Source: an uncultured Bacteroidales bacterium
GTDB lineage: Bacteria > Bacteroidota > Bacteroidia > Bacteroidales > Muribaculaceae
Direction: 5' to 3'
Assembly: GCA_902774055.1 (NCBI GenBank)
Contig: CACYGX010000002.1
Location: 38,650 to 102,649, forward strand
Length of the DNA stretch: 64,000 nucleotides
In this document: positions 43,408-53,656 of the stretch, piece by piece
How the letters are laid out: every line of letters starts with the position of its first letter
Numbering within the stretch: position 1 is the stretch's first letter
Translations under genes and position numbers: made by a program
The notes under the pieces: generated by a model
What the model was told of the DNA's origin: nothing
Databases searched by the model: none
Seen by the model: the letters and a program-made list of their open reading frames with translations, nothing else

Positions 43408-44579
43408 CAGTTCAAACCGATTTTGCGGACCATGTCGCCCACCTTCACGATATATACGCGAGGTCCAGGCAGACTGATACAGTTGTTGATTGCGGGACGT
43501 TCATACCACAGATTGCCATACACGTCGTAGATGAAAGTCCACATTCCGTGGGTGTCACCGCCGATATAGATGGTGCCGTCAAGCCCCGTGATGGTGATTT
43601 TTCCCTCGGGACGCTCCTCCTGGATTTCCTCGATGGCGGCAGCCTCGCTGGTGGCCACGAGTTGAAGGTCCTCTTCGTCATACATGAGCGTGGTGGGCAC
43701 CACCAGATAGTCGGTGCTCAAGGCTCCAATGGGAAGGAAATAGCGGTCGGCAGCGGTCTCGGCAATCAAGTAGCCATCAGGACCGTAGATTTTATAGGCT
43801 AAGTTGTTGCCCAGTGTCAATGCGGTCCAATGGTCGCCCAGGTTCTCTTGTTGCATGATGGGCAGGACTGCCAATCCCTCGTCAATCCACAGCGTGAACA
43901 GGTCATCATCGCCCCACACGGAGTCATCCCCGTAGCGGCGGGTGGTTGCATCGTCGGCAAGCATGACATGCACGCCACTGCACCCCTCAAAGGTGTCGTC
44001 GCCCAACAGGTAGGGCGGGGTAGAGGCGTCGCTATACACCTCTGACAGGTTCACGCAGTAGCCGAAGGCCCTGTCACCGATATACCTCAACGAGGCGGGA
44101 AGGAAAATCGTGCGCAGGCTGTTGCAGTCCTCAAAGGCTCCCTTTTCGACACTAGTGACCCCATCGGGCAGGACCAGATGAGTCACCGCGGTACCTGCCA
44201 GCATATATTTGCTCACAGCAGTTAATCCCAGTGGCAGAGTGATGTTGGCAAGTTCCTCGGCATCGGCAAACGCTGCCTCACCAATCATGGTGACGCTGTT
44301 GGGAATTTGCACCTCGGTCACCGATGATTGCCAGAATGCCCTAGGCGCAATGGCGGCGACATCGTAGTTCACGCCGTCGCAATAAACCCGTTCGGGCAGA
44401 ATGATGCATCCCCGATAGTGGTTCACCCCGTCCCAATAGGCGGGAGCGACTTCCACCTGGGTGTCGCTGATGATATTGTAGAAGATGCCGTTGGCCTCAA
44501 TGTCTTGGGCTTGTACACTTATAGCACAACCCAGCAACAAGGCCATCAGCAGCAATATGTCTTGAATCGTTCGTTTCAT
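43407..44579 (-). CDS. BspA-type leucine-rich repeat protein with T9SS CTD-like tail
   Basis: IPNSVT.IGE.AF repeats; C-terminal IYD..G...YIVKVG...KI. Confidence 0.75.
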   Translation of the reverse strand: MKRTIQDILLLMALLLGCAISVQAQDIEANGIFYNIISDTQVEVAPAYWDGVNHYRGCIILPERVYCDGVNYDVAAIAPRAFWQSSVTEVQIPNSVTMIGEAAFADAEELANITLPLGLTAVSKYMLAGTAVTHLVLPDGVTSVEKGAFEDCNSLRTIFLPASLRYIGDRAFGYCVNLSEVYSDASTPPYLLGDDTFEGCSGVHVMLADDATTRRYGDDSVWGDDDLFTLWIDEGLAVLPIMQQENLGDHWTALTLGNNLAYKIYGPDGYLIAETAADRYFLPIGALSTDYLVVPTTLMYDEEDLQLVATSEAAAIEEIQEERPEGKITITGLDGTIYIGGDTHGMWTFIYDVYGNLWYERPAINNCISLPGPRVYIVKVGDMVRKIGLN

Positions 44580-44583
44580 CTCG

Positions 44584-47073
44584 TTATTCTCGGTAGTAAA
44601 CACGCTTCACGCGAGGCGAGACACTGGTCAGTATCTCGTAGGGTATGGTGCCACGAGCCTTGCTCAGTTGCTCAACAGGCAGATGTTCACCAAAGATCTC
44701 GACCGTATCGCCCACCTTGCAGGGAACGTCGGTCACGTCAATCATCACAGCATCCATGCACACGGTGCCCACGGTGGGACACAACTTGCCGTTGACCCAC
44801 ATTTTCACGGCCCCGTTGCCAAAGTGGCGGTCAAAGCCGTCGGCATAGCCGATGGTCACTGTCGCGATGCGGCTGTCATGCTCCAGCACACCTTGACGGC
44901 CATAGCCGATGGTGGTCCCGGCAGGCCACTCCTTGATGCTGATGATGATGGAACGCAAGGCCGAAACAGGCTTGAGGGCATCCTCACTGCCATCAAACAG
45001 TGTGCGGATACCATACAGGCCAATGCCGATGCGCACCATGTCATATTGCCGTTCGGGGAAGCGGACAACGCCACTGGTGTTGAGCGCATGCCGCATGATG
45101 TAATGGTCAAATGACTGCTGCAACAGGTCGGCGCAGGTCTCAAAGTAGTCAAATTGGCTTTGGGTATAGGCATCCTGGCTGGGATCATCGGCAACGCTCA
45201 AGTGGGTGAATACTGAAGCGGGTTTGATGATATCCTGACACTTGAACAATTCGATAAGGTCGGGTATCTGCTCACGGGTGAAACCCAAGCGATGCATGCC
45301 GCTGTCAACCTTGATGTGCACGGGAAAATCTTTTACACCATAGCGCTTGCCCTCCTTGATGAGGTCGTGGGTCATCTCCAGGCTATAAAGTTCTGGCTCC
45401 AGACGGTATTGGAACATGGCTTTGTAGTTCACGCCGTTGGGGTTGAGCACAATGACGGGCATAGTGATGCTCGCCTTGCGCAGTTCCACACCCTCGTCAT
45501 GCACGGCAACTGCAAGGTAGTCACAACCACAGTCCTGAAGCGTCTTGGCAATCTCGTAACTGCCAGCACCATAGCCGCTTGCCTTGACCATGCCGATGGT
45601 CTTGGTGCCCGGCTTGATGAGCGACTTGAAGAACTTGAAATTGTGGGCCAGGGCATTCAGGTCCACTTCCATCACGGTCATGTGCTGCTTGGCTTCCAGC
45701 AAGTCGATAATCTGGCTGAAACCGTAGCGCGGGTCGCCCTTGATGAGAATGGTCTCGTCATCAAAGTCGCCCTTGGCAAAGTCGCTCATGAACTCTGCGG
45801 TATCATTATAGAAGCGGGCTTGCGGCAGGTCGTCAAAATATTGGCGATAGCGACACATCTCCTTGCCGATACCCATCAGGCGGTTGACACGTTTGGTCTT
45901 GAGCAGTTCGCTCACGCGGATGTACAGTTCATCACCCTTGTAACTCTCGGGAGCAAGGTCGCTCAGGATAACAGTGCACGGACGATTGCCGGCGCGGCGA
46001 GTCATGAAATTCAGCGCTGGCGTGAGTGAGTAGTAGTCACTGGTGTAACTATCGACGATGACGGTGCAGTTGTTCACGCCCTCGATGACGTTAAGACGGG
46101 TGCCAACGGGCGTGAGAGCCGCCATGCGTTCGGCAATGACCTCGCGGTTCAGCCCCATCTGCAGCAATACCGCCAGACAGATGATGGCGTTGTCCAGGTC
46201 GCGGTCGGCCGTGAAGGGAATTGTCACCTCGCTGGCCTCGTTGTCAAAGGTGTAGTGCACAGTGATGCTTTTCTCGTTGCGGTCGGTACGCTCGATTTGC
46301 AAGGGTGCCTCGCAGTGGTTGCGCGACCATGACATCTCGGTTGCAACGCCACTCTCGACGAGCGGTGCGATGGTGTGGGTGACCAACGGGTCATCAGCGC
46401 AATAGACCACGCTATCGCAGTTGAACAGGATTTTGGCCTTCTCCTGGGCCTTCTGTTCCATCGAGGCAAAACCGTCGTTGTGCTCGCTACCCAAGTTGGT
46501 GATGATGCCGATGGTGGGACGTATCATCGCCTGCAGGTTGTCCATCTCGCCCGTGGTAGAGATACCCGCCTCGATGATGGCCAGGTCGGTGTTGTTATCG
46601 ATTTCCCACAACGACAGGGGCACACCTATCTGGGAGTTATAGCTGCGCGGGGAGCGCACGATGCGGTAATCGTCCTTGAGCAACTGGTATAGCCACTCCT
46701 TGACGGTGGTCTTGCCGCGGCTACCTGTGATACCAATCACCGGCAGTTCGCGGAAACGCCTGCGGTGGAAGGTAGCCAGTGCCTGCAATGCCTCGAGAGG
46801 CGATTCCACGGCCAGGTAGTTAGCGCCAGAGCATTCAGGTAGCGGGAAATAGTCGCTGGCGACCACAAAGTTGCGCACGCCCTTGTCATACAGGTCGGGG
46901 ATATAGTTGTGGCCATCCCCAGCATCGGTACGCAGGGCAAAGAAAATCGTTTGGCTGGGCATTGCCAGGGAACGGGAGTCGGTGAGCAACTGGCTCACGA
47001 TGGCATCTTCGTTAAGGATGCGTCCGCCTGTCAGTTCCAGCACATTTGATATTTCGGTAATCGAGTAGTTCAT
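44584..47073 (-). CDS. alr: Bifunctional MurF ligase / alanine racemase
   Basis: ITGSRGKTTVKE, SPRSYNSQIGVP Mur domain; MVKASGYGAG PLP-Lys, GYADG, IPYEILT. Confidence 0.92.
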   Translation of the reverse strand: MNYSITEISNVLELTGGRILNEDAIVSQLLTDSRSLAMPSQTIFFALRTDAGDGHNYIPDLYDKGVRNFVVASDYFPLPECSGANYLAVESPLEALQALATFHRRRFRELPVIGITGSRGKTTVKEWLYQLLKDDYRIVRSPRSYNSQIGVPLSLWEIDNNTDLAIIEAGISTTGEMDNLQAMIRPTIGIITNLGSEHNDGFASMEQKAQEKAKILFNCDSVVYCADDPLVTHTIAPLVESGVATEMSWSRNHCEAPLQIERTDRNEKSITVHYTFDNEASEVTIPFTADRDLDNAIICLAVLLQMGLNREVIAERMAALTPVGTRLNVIEGVNNCTVIVDSYTSDYYSLTPALNFMTRRAGNRPCTVILSDLAPESYKGDELYIRVSELLKTKRVNRLMGIGKEMCRYRQYFDDLPQARFYNDTAEFMSDFAKGDFDDETILIKGDPRYGFSQIIDLLEAKQHMTVMEVDLNALAHNFKFFKSLIKPGTKTIGMVKASGYGAGSYEIAKTLQDCGCDYLAVAVHDEGVELRKASITMPVIVLNPNGVNYKAMFQYRLEPELYSLEMTHDLIKEGKRYGVKDFPVHIKVDSGMHRLGFTREQIPDLIELFKCQDIIKPASVFTHLSVADDPSQDAYTQSQFDYFETCADLLQQSFDHYIMRHALNTSGVVRFPERQYDMVRIGIGLYGIRTLFDGSEDALKPVSALRSIIISIKEWPAGTTIGYGRQGVLEHDSRIATVTIGYADGFDRHFGNGAVKMWVNGKLCPTVGTVCMDAVMIDVTDVPCKVGDTVEIFGEHLPVEQLSKARGTIPYEILTSVSPRVKRVYYRE

Positions 47074-48053
47074 TATCGGTCAAGCACTTTTTGGAGTTCA
47101 GGATTATCAGCCAGATAGGGGTACTCCTTGATGAGGTTACGCACCACGCTGGCTGTATCGGCGTTAAAGCGGTCCACCGTCTCGCGGTTAGCGCTCATGG
47201 GACGATGCTGCAGGCGCTTGTGGATGCGCTCACAACGGGCCACTGCCAGGGCACTGTGGTCATCGAGATAGGTGGCTTGGAACGCCTGCCAGATGTATTC
47301 CACCGCCACATCGCTCGGGTGTACCATGTCGTTGCTGTAGAAGCGGTAGTCGCGCAGGTCATCGAGCATGATCTCGTAGGAGGGGAAATAGTCGCAATAG
47401 TCGCGGTGACTTGCCATTACCTCATGGATGGCCACCCGCAACGACGCCTTACTCAGGGAGTTGACATCCAGTCCGTCGGCGATGTGACGGATGGGGCTCA
47501 CCGTGAGGATGATGTTCATGTCGGGATTGAACGAGTGCAAGGCGGTGAGCATCTCGTCTAGAGTGCGTACCATCTCGCTCACGGGTGCCATTTTGCGCTC
47601 AAACTCATGCTGGGGCACCTTGTGGCAGTTGGCGACAACCTCACCCGTTGCTTTCAAGCGATAGACAATGGCCGTGCCCAGGGTGATGGTAAGCAACCTG
47701 GCCTGTTGCAAGGCCTGGTGACCCTGTTCGATGCGGCTGTTCATGCGGTCAAGGGTGACTTGCTTGTCGGGCATGGAATGGCGCGAGTGGAAGTCGTAAC
47801 TGTTCCATACGCCGCCCTGCATGAACAGGTCTTTACCGGCCACAGGCTCATTGTTGATGAGGCGTTGCACGCCGCGGGCGATGCTCATGGGGTTATAGAG
47901 CGTTCCCATGGGGTTAATCGTAGCATTGATGAGGGCCCCGTGCATCTTGGCGCCAATGTTGTCGCTGAAGCACGACCCAAGCAGCACCACGTTGTCACTA
48001 TGGTGCAGCCAGCCGCGGTTTTCGCCCGTCTTTACTGTCGTCCTAAACTCCAT
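47073..48053 (-). CDS. GSCFA-domain protein
   Basis: LGSCFS, ITLGTA, TVSPIRH, YFPSYEIMLDDLRDYRFY..DMVHPS. Confidence 0.9.
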   Translation of the reverse strand: MEFRTTVKTGENRGWLHHSDNVVLLGSCFSDNIGAKMHGALINATINPMGTLYNPMSIARGVQRLINNEPVAGKDLFMQGGVWNSYDFHSRHSMPDKQVTLDRMNSRIEQGHQALQQARLLTITLGTAIVYRLKATGEVVANCHKVPQHEFERKMAPVSEMVRTLDEMLTALHSFNPDMNIILTVSPIRHIADGLDVNSLSKASLRVAIHEVMASHRDYCDYFPSYEIMLDDLRDYRFYSNDMVHPSDVAVEYIWQAFQATYLDDHSALAVARCERIHKRLQHRPMSANRETVDRFNADTASVVRNLIKEYPYLADNPELQKVLDR

Positions 48054-48160
48054 TGTAAAAACTTAAAATGGTTGTTTTAACCTGCGAAGATAGTGTTTTT
48101 TCTTAAAACTCCACCCATATTTGGCACATTATTTAAAAAAGACGAATGAAAGCATAGGTA

Positions 48161-48197
48161 AAGAAAAGAGGGCGTCATGGTTGTAACGCCCTCTTAT
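48161..48197 (-). terminator. Terminator after LRR-dockerin gene
   Basis: aagagggcgt...acgccctctt stem with an A-run on its left (U-run on minus strand). Confidence 0.65.
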
Positions 48198-48224
48198 AGA
48201 TGGTTTTAAGATGTCAATATCGGC

Positions 48225-51200
48225 TTATTTCTTGATGAAGTGGTAGTGCCCAGTGATGTCATTGAAATAGACATCATAGGTCCCCGCCTCGTAGGGGATA
48301 TTCAGGCCATTGGCCAATCCCTGTCCCCAGGGGAATTGATTGGCGCCCCAGTTGAAGTCCCAATTATTATTGGCTGCTAACTTGAGTTCACCATTGGAGG
48401 TGAAAACAAGGTCCCTGTAAATCCAGTTGTGGTTCTCCTTGTCTGGATTCAGTTCGGTCATGTTAAAAGCTCTATTGGTTACGTCCCATCCATCATGTGA
48501 ACCAACGATGTTGATAATATTGAATACCCCTATTGACGAGCCATCAATGGGTTCGATACTGAAGCTGTTGGTCTTGGTGTTCAAGGTGATGGTATAGTAA
48601 CCGCTAGTGCCCATATTGACGGCATCGGCTTCGCCACTGTTGCCGTGCACATAGTTGCCGTTCTGGTCAATGCCCCAACGGTCATCCCAGTTGCCGGGCG
48701 TGTGCAGGATAGCGATGAAGTCATTGGCGTCAAAGTAGCCCGTGTAGGTCAGTACGCCCTTGCCAGCAGCGTCAAACTCACCGTCAGGGTACAGCGGTAT
48801 CAAACTGTGCCCGATATTGTTGTCACCCTCATTTTGCCACTCAGCATCACCCACATGACTGCCAATCAGGTACCACATGTCGATGCCTGCCGTGGGGAAA
48901 TCGTCACCCAGCAGGTAGTCGATCAGTACCGATACGTCGGCGATGGTCACATCGCCATCGAGGTTGACATCAGCGTTGGTATTCGTGGAATTGTTGCCAT
49001 CCAGCAAGATATCAATCAGTGCGCTCACGTCGGCGATGGTCACTTGACCGTCGTTGTTCACGTCACCACGCATATTCACAACTGGAACATCGGCTTCAAC
49101 AATGTTTTGGAACTTCTTCCAAATATTGGCATTCATATAAGCCTGAGCACAGCCATGAGGCACAATCAGTTGCGTATTGGCATAGTTATAATCATCAAAT
49201 GTTTCATAAATTGTGCCACTCTGGGGTTGAATGTAGGTCTGACAGGTGGGAGGAGTCGGATTGTTAACAACTAGCGTAGCCAGCTTTTTCGTGTTGGCTA
49301 AAGCGTTGTATCCAAGCGAGGTTAGGGTCGAGGGCAATTCGGCTCGGGTCATGTTAGAGCATTTGTAAAAAGCATTGTACCCTATCGTTTCTACTCCCTC
49401 GGGAACCTTGATTTCTTTCAATGCTGTGTTGTCCAAGAAGGCAGAGCCCTCGATTTTACGTACCGATGCAGGGATGATGACTTGTTGAAGATGGCTAGAG
49501 CCACGGAAGGAGTTACTGCCGATAATTTCTGTCCCATAAGGTATGGTATAGTTGCTGGTTTTGGCATTAGGGAAGGATACAAGCAACTTCCTGTTCTTGG
49601 AGAACAACACTCCATCAACACTGACGTACTTGTTGTTAGCGGGATGGACAAGGATTTCCTGCAGGCTGCTGCTGTAGGTGACGAACGTGCCGCTGATGCT
49701 GTCAACACTGGCAGGAATGGATAATGATGTCAAATTATCGATATGAGACATTGAGAACGGATCAATCTCCTCAATACCCTCGTGCAACCGCATTGTTTGG
49801 ATGTTAGTGCAGTTATAGAACGAATAGTCGTCAATCCAGCTGACAGTGAAGGGCACCTCGGCACGAATCATTTTTTTACAATTCAGCAATGAGTTATACC
49901 CCAGCGCGGTAACGGTGCACAGGTTGCCCTGGTAGGCCACCTTGGGCGGAATGCCAGGATCTACCAGATTTGTGCTGGTCGCTTCACTCACCTTGACGCT
50001 CAGGTTATTGTCGGTAGTGACGTAGGTGAGACTGTCCACAGTGAAGGTTGCGCCCGATGCAATGGGTGAAATCTCAGCAACGTTGAACACAAAATAGTCA
50101 GAATTCCAGTCAATATTATTAAAAGCACTGCCACAACCCTCGGGTGTGTACATTGTGAGATTATCGACGTCATATCCTACACCATAGAATGCGTTGTAAC
50201 CGATATCAGGAGGCGTTGAACCGGCAAAAGTGATTTCCTCTACTTCGGTATTGACTTGGAATGCATAATTCTCAATTGATATGAGGGTTGAAGGCAGATA
50301 AATGGATTTCAATGAATAGCAACCGGCAAAAGCGTTCATCTCGATGGTCTCCAGACCTTCGTCAATAACAAGGCGCTCAATACCTGATTGCCTGAACGTG
50401 TTTTGAGGTATCGTTCTGAGCCCTGAGGGCAGGTAAACCGACTTGAGGTAGGTCGATGAAGAGAATGACAAAAAGTCGATCTCTTCGGCTGTGTTCAAGA
50501 CTGAATAGTGCTTGTCGGGCCGTGAGCAAGGATACTGGATGAGGCGCTTGCCGTCGCTAGTGTACAAGACACCATTGTCTGTCATGAAGTTCTGGTTCCC
50601 GGCGGCCACATCAATGCTGGTAAGTGAGGTGCAATTACTAAAAACACCACTTCCAAGGGTCGTCACGCTAGCAGGGATGCTAAATGTGGTGAGTTTTTCA
50701 CAAGAGGCAAATGCGTCAACGCCAATTGCAGTAAGACCTTCGGGTAAGGTGACCTCCTCCAGGTTGTCACAGTAACTGAAGGCGTTAGCGCATATCACAC
50801 TCACGCTAGCAGGAACCTGATAGGAGGTAGTGCTCATGTTCGGGAAGGCGAGCAGACTATCCATTGCAGCAGTAAACAGCACACCATTATATGAGCGGTA
50901 ATGTGTGTTGGCGCTGCTGACCATGATGGCCTCTAATGATGTGCAACCACCCAGCACGCTCTCATTGATAGTCGTTACGCTGGCAGGAATCGAGAATGAC
51001 TGCAAAGATGTACATCCGAAGAATGCATTATTCAAAAGACTTTTCACACCATTTTGGATGTTGACTTGACTCAAGTTGTTACAATAACCAAATGCGTAGT
51101 ATGAAATATCTTCTACTGAACCTGGAATGTTGATGCTTGTCAATGATGTGCACTGCAAGAAACACTGCCTGGGAATGCTAGTGACGCTGTTGCCCAGGGT

Positions 51201-51602
51201 TACAGACTCCAGTGACGAGCAACTCATGAAACAGAATTCAACCAGTGTGGTCACTGAATTGGGAATGGTGATTGACCTCAACCCGGAATCGTAAAATGCG
51301 GCATAACCAATTGATGTCACGGTGTTGGGGATGCTAACGCTAATCAGGTCATATGATGCACGGAATGCGTTGTTGCCAATACCTGTCACCGTATAGGTCG
51401 TGCCATCAAGGGTCACTGTCGATGGAATGGTCACATTGCCGCTATAGCTGTTGTAACTGCCGCTATTGGTCACAGTGGCATTGGTACCCGAAATATTGTA
51501 GTAGATGCCGTCTTTCACAAAATCGTAGGCGCTGGCCGGCATCGCCAGCGCGAGAATCGCCATCATGGTGGCCATTACTCTGAAAAGTAATCGTGTAGTC
51601 AT
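48225..51602 (-). CDS. Secreted BspA-LRR protein with dockerin and two SusE/SusF-like C-terminal domains
   Basis: Signal peptide, many IP.SVT.I...AF repeats, duplicated GDVNNDGQVTIADVSALID / ADVNLDGDVTIADVSVLID, then Y.IGS..W and ELK.AAN..W..NWG...GTYDVYFN. Confidence 0.8.
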   Translation of the reverse strand: MTTRLLFRVMATMMAILALAMPASAYDFVKDGIYYNISGTNATVTNSGSYNSYSGNVTIPSTVTLDGTTYTVTGIGNNAFRASYDLISVSIPNTVTSIGYAAFYDSGLRSITIPNSVTTLVEFCFMSCSSLESVTLGNSVTSIPRQCFLQCTSLTSINIPGSVEDISYYAFGYCNNLSQVNIQNGVKSLLNNAFFGCTSLQSFSIPASVTTINESVLGGCTSLEAIMVSSANTHYRSYNGVLFTAAMDSLLAFPNMSTTSYQVPASVSVICANAFSYCDNLEEVTLPEGLTAIGVDAFASCEKLTTFSIPASVTTLGSGVFSNCTSLTSIDVAAGNQNFMTDNGVLYTSDGKRLIQYPCSRPDKHYSVLNTAEEIDFLSFSSSTYLKSVYLPSGLRTIPQNTFRQSGIERLVIDEGLETIEMNAFAGCYSLKSIYLPSTLISIENYAFQVNTEVEEITFAGSTPPDIGYNAFYGVGYDVDNLTMYTPEGCGSAFNNIDWNSDYFVFNVAEISPIASGATFTVDSLTYVTTDNNLSVKVSEATSTNLVDPGIPPKVAYQGNLCTVTALGYNSLLNCKKMIRAEVPFTVSWIDDYSFYNCTNIQTMRLHEGIEEIDPFSMSHIDNLTSLSIPASVDSISGTFVTYSSSLQEILVHPANNKYVSVDGVLFSKNRKLLVSFPNAKTSNYTIPYGTEIIGSNSFRGSSHLQQVIIPASVRKIEGSAFLDNTALKEIKVPEGVETIGYNAFYKCSNMTRAELPSTLTSLGYNALANTKKLATLVVNNPTPPTCQTYIQPQSGTIYETFDDYNYANTQLIVPHGCAQAYMNANIWKKFQNIVEADVPVVNMRGDVNNDGQVTIADVSALIDILLDGNNSTNTNADVNLDGDVTIADVSVLIDYLLGDDFPTAGIDMWYLIGSHVGDAEWQNEGDNNIGHSLIPLYPDGEFDAAGKGVLTYTGYFDANDFIAILHTPGNWDDRWGIDQNGNYVHGNSGEADAVNMGTSGYYTITLNTKTNSFSIEPIDGSSIGVFNIINIVGSHDGWDVTNRAFNMTELNPDKENHNWIYRDLVFTSNGELKLAANNNWDFNWGANQFPWGQGLANGLNIPYEAGTYDVYFNDITGHYHFIKK

Positions 51603-51797
51603 AGTTCCATTATTTTTGTTGATAATTGCATTTTGTTCGTAAAGGGTAGTGCAAATATAGTTTTTTTTCTTGAGCAAACCTACTTTTTGATGCGTTTTCC
51701 TTACAAAGAACTTAAAAATAACCATAATTTGTTTGTGAATTGATTTTTTGTCGCTAATTTTGTGATTTGTTTAAAACGATTAACCTCTCTTCGCCTT

Positions 51798-52034
51798 ATG
51801 AGTTGTAATCCTGATAATAACCAAGGCTTCTGGTCACGCGTTTTCCATCTCTACTATGATGGTTTCCGCAGTATGACCGTGGGCAAGACGCTGTGGCTGA
51901 TTATTGCGATTAAGCTGTTTATCTTCTTTGTTATCATCAAGCTCTTGTTTTTCCCTAATTTCCTGAACTCCAAGTGTAGCACTGAGCAGGAGAAGTCTGA
52001 ATACGTTCGCCATCAGCTGGTGACTGACGATTGA
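51798..52034 (+). CDS. DUF4492-like small membrane protein of the cydAB operon
   Basis: YYDGFRSMTVGKTLWLII.IKLFIFF..IKL.FFPNFL; directly upstream of cydA. Confidence 0.8.
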   Translation: MSCNPDNNQGFWSRVFHLYYDGFRSMTVGKTLWLIIAIKLFIFFVIIKLLFFPNFLNSKCSTEQEKSEYVRHQLVTDD

Positions 52035-52060
52035 CAACTATTAACTTAAAACTAACGAAT

Positions 52061-53638
52061 ATGGAAGAATTAATCAATGTTGTTGACTGGTCGAGGGCGC
52101 AATTTGCGCTGACGGCTATCTACCATTGGCTGTTCGTGCCGTTGACACTTGGTCTGGGTATCATCGTTGCCATTATGGAGACGATTTACCTGAGAACCAA
52201 GAGCGAGAAATGGCTCGCAACGACCAAGTTCTGGATGACCATCTTTGGCGTGAACTTCGCCATCGGCGTCGCCACGGGTATTATTCTGGAGTTTGAGTTC
52301 GGCACCAACTGGTCCAACTACAGTTGGTTTGTGGGCGACATCTTCGGTGCCCCGCTGGCTGTGGAGGGCATCCTGGCTTTCTTCATGGAATCGACGTTCA
52401 TCGCCGTGATGTTCTTCGGCTGGAAGAAGGTGAGTCCCAAGTTCCACCTTGCCGCCACGTGGCTCACCGCCATTGGCGCGAGCCTGTCGGCCTTGTGGAT
52501 TCTTGTGGCCAACGCTTGGATGCAGTACCCCACGGGCTGTGAGTTTAACCCCGCCACGATGCGCAACGAGATGACGAGTTTTGCCGCTGTTGCGTTATCG
52601 CCCATGGCGATGAGCAAGTTTTTCCACACCGTGCTGAGCGCCTGGGCGCTGGGTGGGGTGTTTGTATGCGGTGTGTGCGGCTGGATGCTGCTCAAGAAGC
52701 GCAACTATGACCACTGCCAGCGCAGCCTCAAGGTGGGCGCCTGGGTGGGCGTCGTCGGTATCGTGCTGACGATGATCACGGGCGACACTAGCGCCGTGAC
52801 CGTGGCCAAGTATCAGCCCATGAAGCTGGCGGCGATGGAGGGCCTGTACAAGGGCAATCATGAGCAGGCCATCGTGGCATTCGGTATCTTGAATCCGTCC
52901 AAGCAGGCATTCGACGACCAGGATCCTTACCTGTTCGACATCAGCATCCCCTACGGCTTGTCATTCCTCGCCACCCACGATTTCAAGGCGTTTGTGCCGG
53001 GTATCGAGGATATCATCAATGGCGTGACCTATGATAACGAGGGCAATGAAATCAGCACCGTCTCCTATGCCGAGCGCATGGAGCGCGGCCGCCAGTTGCA
53101 GGAGATGATGGCTCAGTATGGCGCCGCGATGAAGGGCGGCAACACGTTGATACAGGATAGCCTCAAGACTGCCATTAATGCCGATTTCAAGCACTTTGGC
53201 TATGCCTATCTTGACAAGCCCGAGGAGGCAATCCCCAACGTGCCCCTGACGTTCTACACATTCCACTTCATGGTCACTGTTGGCGGTTACCTGCTGCTGT
53301 TCCTGCTGCTTGCCCTGCTCTTCGCTTATAAGCCTGACATCCTCAACAAGGCCAAGTGGAGCAAGTGGTGGTACATCCTGTCCATCATCACCATCCCGTT
53401 GACTTATCTGTGCAGCGCCAGCGGTTGGATTGTTGCCGAGGTGGGACGCCAGCCCTGGACCATCCAGGACTTGATGCCCAACAAAGTGGCCATCAGCGAC
53501 CTGAGTGCAGGTTATGTACAAGTGACCTTCTGGATTTTTGCCGTGGTATTCACCGCCCTCCTGATTGCCGACATCGGCATCATCTGCAAGCAGATTTCCA
53601 AGAAGTCACAGACCGATTTAGACACCGTTAATGATTAA
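52061..53638 (+). CDS. cydA: Cytochrome bd ubiquinol oxidase subunit I
   Basis: SRAQFALTAIYHWLFVPLTLG, EFEFGTNWS, QPMKLAAMEG, GWIVAEVGRQPW. Confidence 0.97.
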   Translation: MEELINVVDWSRAQFALTAIYHWLFVPLTLGLGIIVAIMETIYLRTKSEKWLATTKFWMTIFGVNFAIGVATGIILEFEFGTNWSNYSWFVGDIFGAPLAVEGILAFFMESTFIAVMFFGWKKVSPKFHLAATWLTAIGASLSALWILVANAWMQYPTGCEFNPATMRNEMTSFAAVALSPMAMSKFFHTVLSAWALGGVFVCGVCGWMLLKKRNYDHCQRSLKVGAWVGVVGIVLTMITGDTSAVTVAKYQPMKLAAMEGLYKGNHEQAIVAFGILNPSKQAFDDQDPYLFDISIPYGLSFLATHDFKAFVPGIEDIINGVTYDNEGNEISTVSYAERMERGRQLQEMMAQYGAAMKGGNTLIQDSLKTAINADFKHFGYAYLDKPEEAIPNVPLTFYTFHFMVTVGGYLLLFLLLALLFAYKPDILNKAKWSKWWYILSIITIPLTYLCSASGWIVAEVGRQPWTIQDLMPNKVAISDLSAGYVQVTFWIFAVVFTALLIADIGIICKQISKKSQTDLDTVND

Positions 53639-53656
53639 GGAAGGAGGAACCAAGAC

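Noticed and set aside
44584-47073. MurF-Alr fusion as a novelty
   Set aside because: A common, known fusion in Bacteroidota.
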